The position numbers and the translations under genes are program-made. Positions 50,738 through 59,328 of a stretch of 64,000 nucleotides of DNA are shown here, piece after piece (within the stretch, counting starts at the first letter, position 1; every line of letters starts with the position of its first letter). The DNA comes from Roseobacter sp. (GTDB taxonomy: Bacteria; Pseudomonadota; Alphaproteobacteria; Rhodobacterales; Rhodobacteraceae): positions 8,000 through 71,999 of the forward strand of contig JBGCDB010000041.1 in NCBI GenBank assembly GCA_045104955.1. The letters run 5' to 3'. Below the pieces are notes generated by a model that made no database searches, was not told the origin of the DNA, and was given only the letters and a program-made list of their open reading frames with translations.

Positions 50738-51737
50738 ACGAGAGCTTCCAAAACACGTCTACCGCCAACGCAACGGCATTTACTTCCAACGCCGCGGATG
50801 GCCGTCACGAAAGTTCGAAAGCGAATTTGGCACGCCTGCGTTCTGGAAAGAATACGCGGATATTCTGGCGACAAAAGATCAACCCAAAGTCATCTCCTCC
50901 CGCAGCTTCACAGCACTCATCAAAAGTTATCGCGCCTCGCCCCGGTATCGAAACCTCAAGCCACGCACCGGTTTGGACTACGACAAACATCTGGATTTCT
51001 TCGTCTCAATTATGGGCGACCGCAACCCGGCGCGCCTCCAACGCAAAGACGTAATCCGGATGCGCGATGCCAATGCCGAAAAGGCGTATTTCGCAAACTA
51101 CGCTCTGCGAGTCCTACGTGTGCTGATGGAACACTGCATCGACCTTGGCTGGCGCGATGACAATCCCGCGCGCGGCGTACCTGAACTCAAAAGCCAGAAA
51201 CGCGCAGAGCGCGAGCCATGGCCGCGCGAGCTTCTCGACGCATATCGCCAAGCTTGCCCCGTCGGCACACGTGAACGTCTCGTAATGGAGCTTTGCGTCG
51301 GCACCGGCCAAAGGATCGGCGACATATTAGAAATGCGCTGGTCCGACATCGAAGATGGCTCGGTATTTGTCAGACAGAACAAAACGAAAAAAGAACTCTG
51401 GGTCCCTATACTACCAGAACTGCAAACAGCACTCGACGCCGCCAGCCGCCATTCGGTGTTCATCCTCACAAACGAACAGGGCTCCAACCGCTGGTCCTAC
51501 AGAGGCGCCTCAGCCGCCGTCAGGAAGGTCAGAGAACAAATCGGGGCCCTGCCCTACGACATCCACAGCTGGCGCTACAACGCAGCCTGTGAGCTTCTAG
51601 AGGCGGGCTGTGGCGACGACCTCATCGCAGCAGTAACGGGCCAAAGCCCCGCGATGGTTCAACATTACACGAAGAAGGTGCGTCAGCGGATCAGAGCTGC
51701 GCAAGCACAGCAAATGCGCGGTACTAAGCGGAAATAA
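50730..51737 (+). CDS. Tyrosine recombinase/integrase
   Basis: Catalytic set 'TGQRIGD' (R), 'QNKT' (K), 'HSWR' (HxxR) and 'MVQHY' (Y); N-terminal 'LPKHVY'. Confidence 0.92.
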   Translation: MAKRELPKHVYRQRNGIYFQRRGWPSRKFESEFGTPAFWKEYADILATKDQPKVISSRSFTALIKSYRASPRYRNLKPRTGLDYDKHLDFFVSIMGDRNPARLQRKDVIRMRDANAEKAYFANYALRVLRVLMEHCIDLGWRDDNPARGVPELKSQKRAEREPWPRELLDAYRQACPVGTRERLVMELCVGTGQRIGDILEMRWSDIEDGSVFVRQNKTKKELWVPILPELQTALDAASRHSVFILTNEQGSNRWSYRGASAAVRKVREQIGALPYDIHSWRYNAACELLEAGCGDDLIAAVTGQSPAMVQHYTKKVRQRIRAAQAQQMRGTKRK

Positions 51738-52016
51738 GGGCGGAAAGTGTGCATTCGCTGCACCTGCAAGGGCATTCTGTCAAAGACATGGAAGCGGCCA
51801 TTCACGGCTCAGGTTCAACGTCCCCCATGTTACACCAAGCACCAAGGTCTACTATGCGCAGATAGCGAGCTTTGCAAAGTTTGGCTCATTTCCCGACAGC
51901 AGACCTTCGTGAAAGGCGCGGCGAATGATGGTAAAGAGCCCAATGCGGAAGTGCTCCGGTATTCAAAGCCCGACGTGCAGCAACCGGTCTCGCAATTGAT
52001 TTTGCGCTGAATGTGG

Positions 52017-52517
52017 TTAGAGCGGATGTTCGACTAATAGCCTGTCAATTATTTTTCCCAGGAGCTGGGTTCGGCTCTTAACGTCAGCTTTTCGATATAT
52101 AGAATTGTTCTGTGACTTAATTGTACCCGGGCTCGTGTTGCGTAATTCGGCAATTTCATTGACCGTCATGCCTTTCACTGTAAGCAACGCGACATCTTTT
52201 TCAGCATCGCTCAGATGCCATCGGTCAAACTGCATGCTCAGCATCTCGAAAAACTCACCCTGAACGGATCGTAACAGCCTCTCTAGCTCTTCATGGCTCT
52301 TTTGAGATGCCTGGTAGCTGCGCCAAATCAGAACGCCACCGACGACAAACCCGCAGAAGGTGACAAGTGCTATAATTTCGTGAACGAGCCAACTGACGCT
52401 GAACAAATAATACCCAGTAACCTCACCGACCAATTCTGAAAGAAATGCCAATGCAGAGGCGGCGTATAATGCCACCCCTGCATTGAATGCCTTATCGGTT
52501 CCGTGATTACCACTCAC
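52017..52517 (-). CDS. Membrane-anchored LuxR-type HTH regulator
   Basis: Two N-terminal TMs and a C-terminal 'LSDAEKDVALL...EIAELRNTSPGTIKSQ...IYRK'. Confidence 0.82.
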   Translation of the reverse strand: MSGNHGTDKAFNAGVALYAASALAFLSELVGEVTGYYLFSVSWLVHEIIALVTFCGFVVGGVLIWRSYQASQKSHEELERLLRSVQGEFFEMLSMQFDRWHLSDAEKDVALLTVKGMTVNEIAELRNTSPGTIKSQNNSIYRKADVKSRTQLLGKIIDRLLVEHPL

Positions 52518-52552
52518 AATGACAACCTCGGGTTAAAGCGCTCTAGCACAGC

Positions 52553-53020
52553 TCAATCATCACCTTCGCTGTCACTGTCGCCGCCTTCACTGTCGCCACC
52601 GCCGTCACTGTCGCCGCCTTCACTGTCGCCACCGCCGTCACTATCGCCACCTTCGCTGTCGCCACCGCCGTCACTGTCGCCGTCGCTTTCGCTATCGTCG
52701 CTTTCGCTATCGTCGTCGTTTTCGTCGTCGTCGACTTCATCATCATTGATGTCATCGTCGTCTTCATCGTCGTCGTATTCGTCATCTGACTCGGATCTGT
52801 CGCGAACCACGGTCCCGTCTTTGCCCAGAACAATTTCTCGCTCTACGCCGGACCCGGTTGCTTCAAAGCGCGTGTTGCCAAACAAGGTGCGGCTGATCTC
52901 AATGCGCTTGAAACCTTGTTCCGTCAATTCTTCGATAATCTGGTCCCGTGTCGTTTGAGACAAAGCAGTGCTGGCCATCAAGGCGAATGACGTGCTTATC
53001 AAGATCGTTTTCATTTTCAT
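52553..53020 (-). CDS. Secreted PepSY-like protein with an Asp/Gly/Ser/Glu-rich tail
   Basis: Signal peptide, 'LTEQGFKRIEISRTLFG...REIVL' and a tail of DSEGGDSDGGG repeats. Confidence 0.7.
   Translation of the reverse strand: MKMKTILISTSFALMASTALSQTTRDQIIEELTEQGFKRIEISRTLFGNTRFEATGSGVEREIVLGKDGTVVRDRSESDDEYDDDEDDDDINDDEVDDDENDDDSESDDSESDGDSDGGGDSEGGDSDGGGDSEGGDSDGGGDSEGGDSDSEGDD
52571..52682. repeat. 33-bp tandem repeat (about 3.4 copies), coding
   Basis: GTCACTGTCGCCGCCTTCACTGTCGCCACCGCC at 52571 and 52604, with a variant at 52637. Confidence 0.85.
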
Positions 53021-53272
53021 GGTGTTTCCTAACGTTTGCTATGGTTCCAGACAAACATGGAAAAGACGACCCAGGAAATACAACTTAGGATTAAATCGGT
53101 GGAAATCATCCAAAGGAGCATTTGCGGATACAAGCGTTTGCCAGATACTAAGGGCGCGTCTGTCGAATTTTCACGACCCCTGTCGGGGTGCGACAAACAA
53201 CACGAGGAAAACGTCATCAAACCGTATCTCATGCATTGTCAGAGAATGGGGAAAGACCAAAAGAGCCTGAAA

Positions 53273-53896
53273 ATGATAGAACAGACAAAGTACCAAAAAC
53301 TTTTTTCCACGCCACTAATTCGGTTCCAATTGCCCGATTGCGCGGTGCTCAATGCGGCGCTTTTAATGGAAGGCGAGCAGATGCGCGCGGGAAACGCAGG
53401 TGTTTCAAAGTCCAACCGAGGCGGCTGGCACTCTGAAGGCAACTTGTTCGACAGCGATGCACCCAGTGTTCAAAGAGTGCGAGAAGCAGCGCAACAGGCC
53501 GTTTACGACCTCACACTAAAGGTCAATTCAGGGTTCAAAACCGAAGATTTCAGCTTGAAACTCTTTGCATGGATGAATGCAAATCCAGCCGGTGGATACA
53601 ATGCGCCCCATACACATCCCGGCGCGCATTGGTCTGGGGTTTATTATGTTGCTCAGCCAGAAGTAGAAGAAGGTTCTTCAGGAATGATCGAGTTTCTGGA
53701 CCCGCGTTCCGACCTCCAGCATTGGAAAACTCTTGGTGCCAGCGCCTTTCAGCAAAAGCGAGGCATTCGCCCATCAGTTGGTGAGTTGATCGTGTTTCCT
53801 TCCTATCTCATGCACTGGGTTCACCCCAATCAAACCGACGAAGAAAGAGTTACCATCGCCTTTAATGCTACATTTCGCCGCCCAAAAAAGAAATAA
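53273..53896 (+). CDS. Putative 2OG-Fe(II) oxygenase (TIGR02466-like)
   Basis: 'LFSTP', 'GGWHS', 'NAPHTHPGAHWSGVYYV' and 'FPSYLMHWVHP...RVTIAFN'; start could be 53246. Confidence 0.82.
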   Translation: MIEQTKYQKLFSTPLIRFQLPDCAVLNAALLMEGEQMRAGNAGVSKSNRGGWHSEGNLFDSDAPSVQRVREAAQQAVYDLTLKVNSGFKTEDFSLKLFAWMNANPAGGYNAPHTHPGAHWSGVYYVAQPEVEEGSSGMIEFLDPRSDLQHWKTLGASAFQQKRGIRPSVGELIVFPSYLMHWVHPNQTDEERVTIAFNATFRRPKKK

Positions 53897-54044
53897 TCAA
53901 CACTTTCTGCTATAAACTGAGTGTTTACTGGGTCCGCAGCTTACCAGCTCGCTGCTGGTTCGATCTTGCACTCACAGCGAACCGCCGGTTCGACGGGCCG
54001 CGCTGCAGCACGACGACTATGCTATGGACGTCGGCTTTGGGCCG

Positions 54045-54761
54045 TTATGAACCCTGTGACTGGCTTGCCTCAAACTTTTTCCAAACGTGCATGTGTCCTC
54101 TCTGACGAGCTGCAGCTAGCCACATTTTCTTCCTAGCGTTTGGAACTTCCATATCGCGATAAACGCCACCCGAAAATTTCGGCCAGTCTATCGCTAGCCC
54201 CTGCTTTACCAGTTCAGCAGACAGGTCTCGGCCATCGGGAAGGTAGCACCGCGCCACGGTCCGGCCGTATGCATCTTTCTCTGTTATTTCTGCTCTTATC
54301 TTTTGGCCCTTACATAGCTTCACCATCGCCCACTTGGCTTTTTGGCCGTAGGGGTGGTTCAACTCAGGTGCATCAATTCCAAAGAGACGTATCTGAGTTT
54401 TCTTTATTACAATGGTGTCCCCATCGGTCACGTACGCCGATCCTTCAACACATTTCTTTTGTGGTAATCGCTTCGCGGTCTTCGCTTCAAAACGTGCCGG
54501 TTTGGGTGCGATCTTTAACGGTGGAAGTTCTCGCGTTTCTTCTTCGGCAACTCGATATTCGGACGGTTTCGCACGCAAGAGCCAAGCTAGAATGATTGCG
54601 ACTACAACACCTACTAGGAGCAAACCCTCTATACCGAGCGCGTTGGCAATTGATTCAACTTCATCAAGCGGAACGACAAAGGCCGTCTCTTCACCCGGCA
54701 GCTTGGGCCGCAGAGAGAAATTGGGTGGTAACGTATTTAAGTCTGTATTTGCCAAATCCAC
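54045..54761 (-). CDS. Thermonuclease (SNase-like) family protein with an N-terminal TM
   Basis: 'VTDGDTI', 'IRLFGIDAPE', 'DAYGRTVA' and 'LVKQGLA'. Confidence 0.9.
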   Translation of the reverse strand: MDLANTDLNTLPPNFSLRPKLPGEETAFVVPLDEVESIANALGIEGLLLVGVVVAIILAWLLRAKPSEYRVAEEETRELPPLKIAPKPARFEAKTAKRLPQKKCVEGSAYVTDGDTIVIKKTQIRLFGIDAPELNHPYGQKAKWAMVKLCKGQKIRAEITEKDAYGRTVARCYLPDGRDLSAELVKQGLAIDWPKFSGGVYRDMEVPNARKKMWLAAARQRGHMHVWKKFEASQSQGS

Positions 54762-54843
54762 GCGACCCTAACAAAGCCAAAAAATCGTGTCGCGCAGAAT
54801 CTAGCACTGATAGAAAAACAAACTGTTTCCACAGCATTTGGAC

Positions 54844-54894
54844 GTCTAAACATTCACTCTATGTTCCGCCAAAAAATGGCTTCCGTCTAAACAT
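54844..54894 (+). repeat. GTCTAAACAT x2, putative arm-type sites (right end of island 1)
   Basis: Copies at 54844-54853 and 54885-54894, within about 85 bp of attR. Confidence 0.7.
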
Positions 54895-54926
54895 AAAATA
54901 CTGATTTTTCAGTACTATTCTAACTC

Positions 54927-54970
54927 TTGCAAATCCGTGTACACCGGTTCGATTCCGGTACTCGCCTCCA
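54927..54970 (+). repeat. attR of island 1: exact copy of the tRNA-Cys 3' 44 nt
   Basis: TTGCAAATCCGTGTACACCGGTTCGATTCCGGTACTCGCCTCCA. Confidence 0.95.
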
Positions 54971-55406
54971 CAATATATAGTGTCATTCACCATATTGTCG
55001 CCAGTCCATCACAAGATGTAGTCGCGCGAATTGTGTGCACAATTCGTACACACCGAGCGCGGCTCACAAGAAGCATTCGCAAGTTACGTTTAAAAATTGC
55101 CATTGAGCACAACTTGGATCAGCGCTGGTCAGGCACTGAAACAAGCACGACAGTTTTTCCAGTTTCTCTTGGGATAACCCCCATCTACAGGGAGGTAGAC
55201 AGAAGCTATCCTTTCAGCCAATCAGCTTAATCCTTGGATTTTCTATCTTCGCATCGATTGCAAAGTCAATTTGGTGAGGGGGCGGCATTGCAGTCTGCTT
55301 GATCTGAATTCCGATTGTTGCCGTTCACGGGACTGCTGCCCAGAAGGATCGCCGGTCATGGCAAGTCGCGTAATGCTGTGGAAAGAATGAAGAATGCATG
55401 CCCTGG

Positions 55407-55489
55407 TGTAAGCGCTTGCACGAATCAACTGTTGGAGATTAGTATGGCGGCGACAACAGAATCCAAGGCCCAATGTAAGCGCTTGCATT
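55407..55489. promoter_or_regulatory. Two LacI-family operators TGTAAGCGCTTGCA
   Basis: Copies at 55407-55420 and 55474-55487; the second extends to AATGTAAGCGCTTGCATT. The central CG palindrome is typical of LacI/GalR sites. Confidence 0.75.
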
Positions 55490-55521
55490 GCAGGCGAAGC
55501 AAACAACCGGAGAGCAAATCA

Positions 55522-55707
55522 ATGTACTTACTCGCATCTTTGGGCGTCTTCATAATCTATTTCGCAAACGTCGCCATAGGCGCTTACACGCGAAACCCGG
55601 TTTTGGGGGATGTGGCGGAAATGGTTGTCCTATTCGCGGCGTCATTTCTATTCGTCGTCGGGATTTTGAAAAAAGAAGCTGATCGGGAGAAGGATTCCGA
55701 CAGCTAA
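55522..55707 (+). CDS. Small two-TM protein leading the TRAP operon
   Basis: GGAG RBS; MYLLASLGVFIIYFANV...GDVAEMVVLFAASFLFVVGILKKE; 61 aa. Confidence 0.65.
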   Translation: MYLLASLGVFIIYFANVAIGAYTRNPVLGDVAEMVVLFAASFLFVVGILKKEADREKDSDS

Positions 55708-55735
55708 AAAACAGTTTCCAATGGGAGGAAAACGA

Positions 55736-56884
55736 ATGACTGAAGAACGCAATGAGCTTGCGTCGGCGGAGCGCCGAAACTTTTTGAAATTGGCAACTAC
55801 GGGCAGCTTTACAGCAGCCATGGTTGCTGGCGCCGCAGGCGTTTTGTGGTCCTCAGAGGCTGCTGCCCAATCGGCAAACGAAGAGCGTGACCGCGAAAAG
55901 GCCGCCGAACACATCATGATCATCGGTACTGCCTACGTGCTTGGCGCGTCCCGCGGCTATCCGATCATGCAACTGGACCTTAAGGAAAACATTCAGAACG
56001 CGACAAACGGCAAGGTCTACGTGAAACTTGCTCCCGGCGGTCAACTTGGCGCTGGCGGCGCACTCGTTCAAGCCGTGCAGGGTGGCACAATTCAGGCCGC
56101 ACAGCATTCCTTGTCTAACTTTGCGCCATTTGCATCAACAGTTGATCTTATCAACATGCCCTACCTGTGTGGCTCCAACCAGCGCTTCACTAATTTGGTG
56201 ACATCAGACTTCTGGAAATCCAACGTCGAGCCCAAAGTCGAGGAAAACGGCTTCAAGGCCCTGTTTTACGTCAACATCGACCCGCGCGTTGTTGCGGTTC
56301 GCAAAGGCGGCGCAGGCGCGGTAATCACGCCCGGTGATCTGGCAGGTGTAAAGTTCCGTGTTCCCGGATCGAAGATGCTTCAGCAGTACTACCGTATGGT
56401 CGGCGCGAACCCGACACCGGTTGCGTGGGGCGAGACACCATCCGCGATCAAGCAAGGCGTTGCTGACGCACTTGATCCGTCTGTTGGCGCGCTTCACGTA
56501 TTTGGTTTCGGTGAAATTCTAAGCCATGTGACATTCACGCAGGCTGTGCCGGATAGTCAGGTTTACTCCTGTAACCTAGAGTGGTTCAAATCGATGCCGG
56601 CTGACGTACAAGACGGTATAATGTGGGGATCGGAAATGACTGCGCACCAAAACCTTTCCAAAGTTCCGTCCGCCCGTGCTTATGCCATGGCGGAACTGAC
56701 AAAGGCCGGTGTGGAATTCCACAGCCTAAGCGAAGATCAACTTGGCGAATGGAAAGAAGCAGGTGGCTTCCAGCGCTCCGAATGGGACGAGTTTAAAGTG
56801 GACCTAGCTGGTTCCATGGACAACTTTGCCAAGATGGAAGAAGCCGCTGGTACCCAAGGCAAATACTACGTCCACGACGCATAA
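55736..56884 (+). CDS. TRAP transporter substrate-binding protein DctP, Tat-exported
   Basis: 'RRNFLK' Tat motif, 'GGQLG', 'GVKFRVPGS' and 'GANPTPVAWGE'. Confidence 0.9.
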   Translation: MTEERNELASAERRNFLKLATTGSFTAAMVAGAAGVLWSSEAAAQSANEERDREKAAEHIMIIGTAYVLGASRGYPIMQLDLKENIQNATNGKVYVKLAPGGQLGAGGALVQAVQGGTIQAAQHSLSNFAPFASTVDLINMPYLCGSNQRFTNLVTSDFWKSNVEPKVEENGFKALFYVNIDPRVVAVRKGGAGAVITPGDLAGVKFRVPGSKMLQQYYRMVGANPTPVAWGETPSAIKQGVADALDPSVGALHVFGFGEILSHVTFTQAVPDSQVYSCNLEWFKSMPADVQDGIMWGSEMTAHQNLSKVPSARAYAMAELTKAGVEFHSLSEDQLGEWKEAGGFQRSEWDEFKVDLAGSMDNFAKMEEAAGTQGKYYVHDA

Positions 56885-56894
56885 ACGAGAAACT

Positions 56895-56925
56895 AATCGG
56901 GCGCCCTTTGAGGCGCCCGATTTTC
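56895..56925 (+). terminator. Intra-operon hairpin after dctP
   Basis: AATCGGGCGCC-CTTTGA-GGCGCCCGATT followed by TTC. Confidence 0.65.
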
Positions 56926-56989
56926 TTAGATGACCTACGGGAGCAGGTGCCGCTGCTCTCCGGTTCATAGCTATACATTGGACACCGAA

Positions 56990-57502
56990 ATGGACCTATT
57001 GCGTCAATTCGACCGAAATGCTGAACGCTGGCTCTTGCTGATTTTCTACGTGATGCTTGTTATCACTATGGCAATCGAAGTGCTGCGCCGCGAAGTCTTT
57101 TCCTACTCCTCGATCTGGGGGGAAGAGATTGTGCGGTATTCTTTCATTTACCTCGCCTGGGTTGGTGCGGCGGCCGCCGTAAAAGAGCGCGCGCATATCC
57201 GCATTGACGTGATCATGCACTATTTACCGCCGCGCGCCAAAGCGCTGCTGTATATCTTCGGCGACTTCATCATGTTTTTCGTAGCGATCATAGCACTCTA
57301 TTGGTCGTGGGAGTCTGTGCATATCTCCGCAAAATTTGGTTCCGTGACAGATGGCCTGCGCATTTCCAAAGTGTGGTTTCTGATGGCAGTACCTGCAGGT
57401 TTTGCTCTCATGATCTGGCGTTTGATGCAGTCATTCAAACGTGATTTTCATGCCCTTCGCACCGGTAAGCCGGTTTACGAAGGCGATACTCTTTTCGATT
57501 AA
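56990..57502 (+). CDS. TRAP transporter small permease DctQ
   Basis: 'WGEEIVRYSFIYLAWVGA' and 'HIRID'; four TMs. Confidence 0.9.
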   Translation: MDLLRQFDRNAERWLLLIFYVMLVITMAIEVLRREVFSYSSIWGEEIVRYSFIYLAWVGAAAAVKERAHIRIDVIMHYLPPRAKALLYIFGDFIMFFVAIIALYWSWESVHISAKFGSVTDGLRISKVWFLMAVPAGFALMIWRLMQSFKRDFHALRTGKPVYEGDTLFD

Positions 57503-57513
57503 GGACCACGCTC

Positions 57514-58842
57514 ATGCTTTGGCAACAAGTCAATCAAACAGTCGAGCTCGGCTGGGACTTCTACATACCGGTCCTCGTGTTCGTCGCATTGATCGCACTC
57601 GCTGTACCCGTTTGGGCAGCTATTGGCACGGCCGCAATCGCCATGCTTGTAATGTCCGGCGATCTGCCGCTCAGCCTCGTAGGCGAGAAACTCTTCACCG
57701 GCATCGACGCTTTCGCGTTGACAGCCGTGCCGCTCTTTATCCTGACCGGTGACGTTCTGGTTAGAACCGGGCTCAGTCGAAAATTTCTCGATGTGGCTGA
57801 GGCTCTCACCTGTTTTGCAAAAGGCGGTTTTGGCTCCGCGACGGTTCTGGTCTGCGGCATGTTCGCCGCGATCTCCGGCTCGGATGCTGCGGGGGCTGCG
57901 GCGGTTGGTCGTATGACGATCGCGCGCCTTGTCGAAAGCGGGTACCCACGCCCTTACGCCTGTGCGCTCGTCGCTGCGGGTGCCTGTACCGGTATCCTGA
58001 TCCCGCCGTCCATCGCCTACATCATCATCGGCCTCGTTTTGGGCATATCGGCGTCGACGCTCTTTTTGGCGGCGCTGATCCCCGGCCTATGCATCCTGTT
58101 CTCGATCCTCATTACCAATCTGATCGTGAACCGCCTCTACAATTACGAAGGCGGCGGAATGATGACAGCCAATGAGTGGTTCACGAACCTGGGCCGCGCG
58201 CTAAAATCAGGTTGGTATGCGTTTATCGTGCCGGGCATAATCTTCTACGGCATTTTCTCGGGACGTCTCACACCAACTGAGGCCGGCGCAACAGCCGTCG
58301 TGGTAACCATCCTCATGGGATTCATTATGCGCACCCTCTCTTTTGCCGACTTCCCTGCAATGCTGGTGAGTTCGGCCAAAGTGAATGGTGTGATCCTGCC
58401 CATCATCGCCTTCTCCGCGCCTCTGGCGGAAGCTTTGGCAATTATGGGCGTGCCGCAGGGTTTTGTAACTTCCGTGACAAGCCTGACGGATGAGCCTTGG
58501 CTCTTGATCTTGCTGATGATCGGCATCCTGATCGCCGCTGGTTGCGTGATGGAAACCACGCCAAACATTGTGATACTTGCACCGATCCTGAAACCGCTCG
58601 CGGACAATATCGGGATGAACGAGATTCAGTTCTGTATCATGATGATCACGGCACTGGGTGTGGGCTTCATCACCCCACCGCTTGGTCTCAACCTCTTTGT
58701 CGTGTCGGGCATTACCGGAGAGTCGATACTAAAGATTGCCGCGCGGGCTGTACCCTTCGTGCTGTGCATGTTTGCGGTCGTAATCCTGATTGCATATGTG
58801 CCGGCAGTATCGACGACGTTCCTCCCTGAAATCTACAAGTAG
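57514..58842 (+). CDS. TRAP transporter large permease DctM
   Basis: 'AVPLFILTG', 'ISGS', 'LIPPS', 'TPTEA' and 'ITPPLGLNLFV'. Confidence 0.92.
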   Translation: MLWQQVNQTVELGWDFYIPVLVFVALIALAVPVWAAIGTAAIAMLVMSGDLPLSLVGEKLFTGIDAFALTAVPLFILTGDVLVRTGLSRKFLDVAEALTCFAKGGFGSATVLVCGMFAAISGSDAAGAAAVGRMTIARLVESGYPRPYACALVAAGACTGILIPPSIAYIIIGLVLGISASTLFLAALIPGLCILFSILITNLIVNRLYNYEGGGMMTANEWFTNLGRALKSGWYAFIVPGIIFYGIFSGRLTPTEAGATAVVVTILMGFIMRTLSFADFPAMLVSSAKVNGVILPIIAFSAPLAEALAIMGVPQGFVTSVTSLTDEPWLLILLMIGILIAAGCVMETTPNIVILAPILKPLADNIGMNEIQFCIMMITALGVGFITPPLGLNLFVVSGITGESILKIAARAVPFVLCMFAVVILIAYVPAVSTTFLPEIYK

Positions 58843-58920
58843 GATTGCAAATCAGGGTGCATCGGCATTCATCCCTGAATGATGCGGTGCACCAAATATC
58901 ACAAAAACGTTGGAGTTCGC

Positions 58921-59328
58921 ATGTACAAGAACATTCTGGTCCCGATGGCCCTTGACCATGACATCTCACCTAAAACACTAAGCGTTGCCCGCGCCTTAGC
59001 AGGTGAAGATGGCAAGATTACCGCCATCCACATCCACGAAGCTCCGCAAGGGTCAGTCGCGGCCTATCTAAGCGAAGACTTGGTACGTGAGGCGCAAGCC
59101 GGTGCACGCGCGAGCTTGAAGGAGAAAACAGCCAGGCTGGAAGATGTGACCGCCGAACTGGTGGTTGGACACGCTTACCGTAGTATTATCGAGTACGCGG
59201 AGAGCAAAGGCATCGACTGTATTGTCATTGGATCACACAAACCCGGTCTGAGCGATTTCCTACTTGGATCGACAGCGGCGCGCGTCGTGCGCCATGCGCC
59301 CTGCGCTGTGCATGTCTGCCGCGCCTAG
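58921..59328 (+). CDS. Universal stress protein
   Basis: 'YKNILVP' and 'IVIGSH...LLGSTAARVVRHAPCAV'. Confidence 0.92.
   Translation: MYKNILVPMALDHDISPKTLSVARALAGEDGKITAIHIHEAPQGSVAAYLSEDLVREAQAGARASLKEKTARLEDVTAELVVGHAYRSIIEYAESKGIDCIVIGSHKPGLSDFLLGSTAARVVRHAPCAVHVCRA

Larger units (their letters stand above)
49712..54970. mobile_element. Genomic island 1 integrated in tRNA-Cys (about 5.2 kb)
   Basis: Exact 44-bp direct repeat at 49712-49755 and 54927-54970, a tyrosine integrase, and arm-type repeats at both ends. Confidence 0.9.

Noticed and set aside
52571-52682. Possible CRISPR array (33-bp repeats)
   Set aside because: The repeats are contiguous with no spacers, are in frame within a CDS, and no cas genes are present.
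52503-52958. Ser/Pro-rich + strand ORF and Thr/Ala/Val-rich alternative frame
   Set aside because: They are by-products of the tandem repeat. The minus-strand frame with a signal peptide and RBS is the credible gene.
54927-54970. Second tRNA-Cys gene
   Set aside because: Only the 3' 44 nt are present, with no D-arm or 5' acceptor strand. It is an att duplicate.
49712-54970. Prophage or integron
   Set aside because: There are no structural, replication or lysis genes. I see no IntI-specific insertion in the integrase and no canonical attC sites.
55243-55506. Remnant of a divergent LacI regulator upstream of the TRAP operon
   Set aside because: The minus-strand frame I translated shows no LacI HTH motif.
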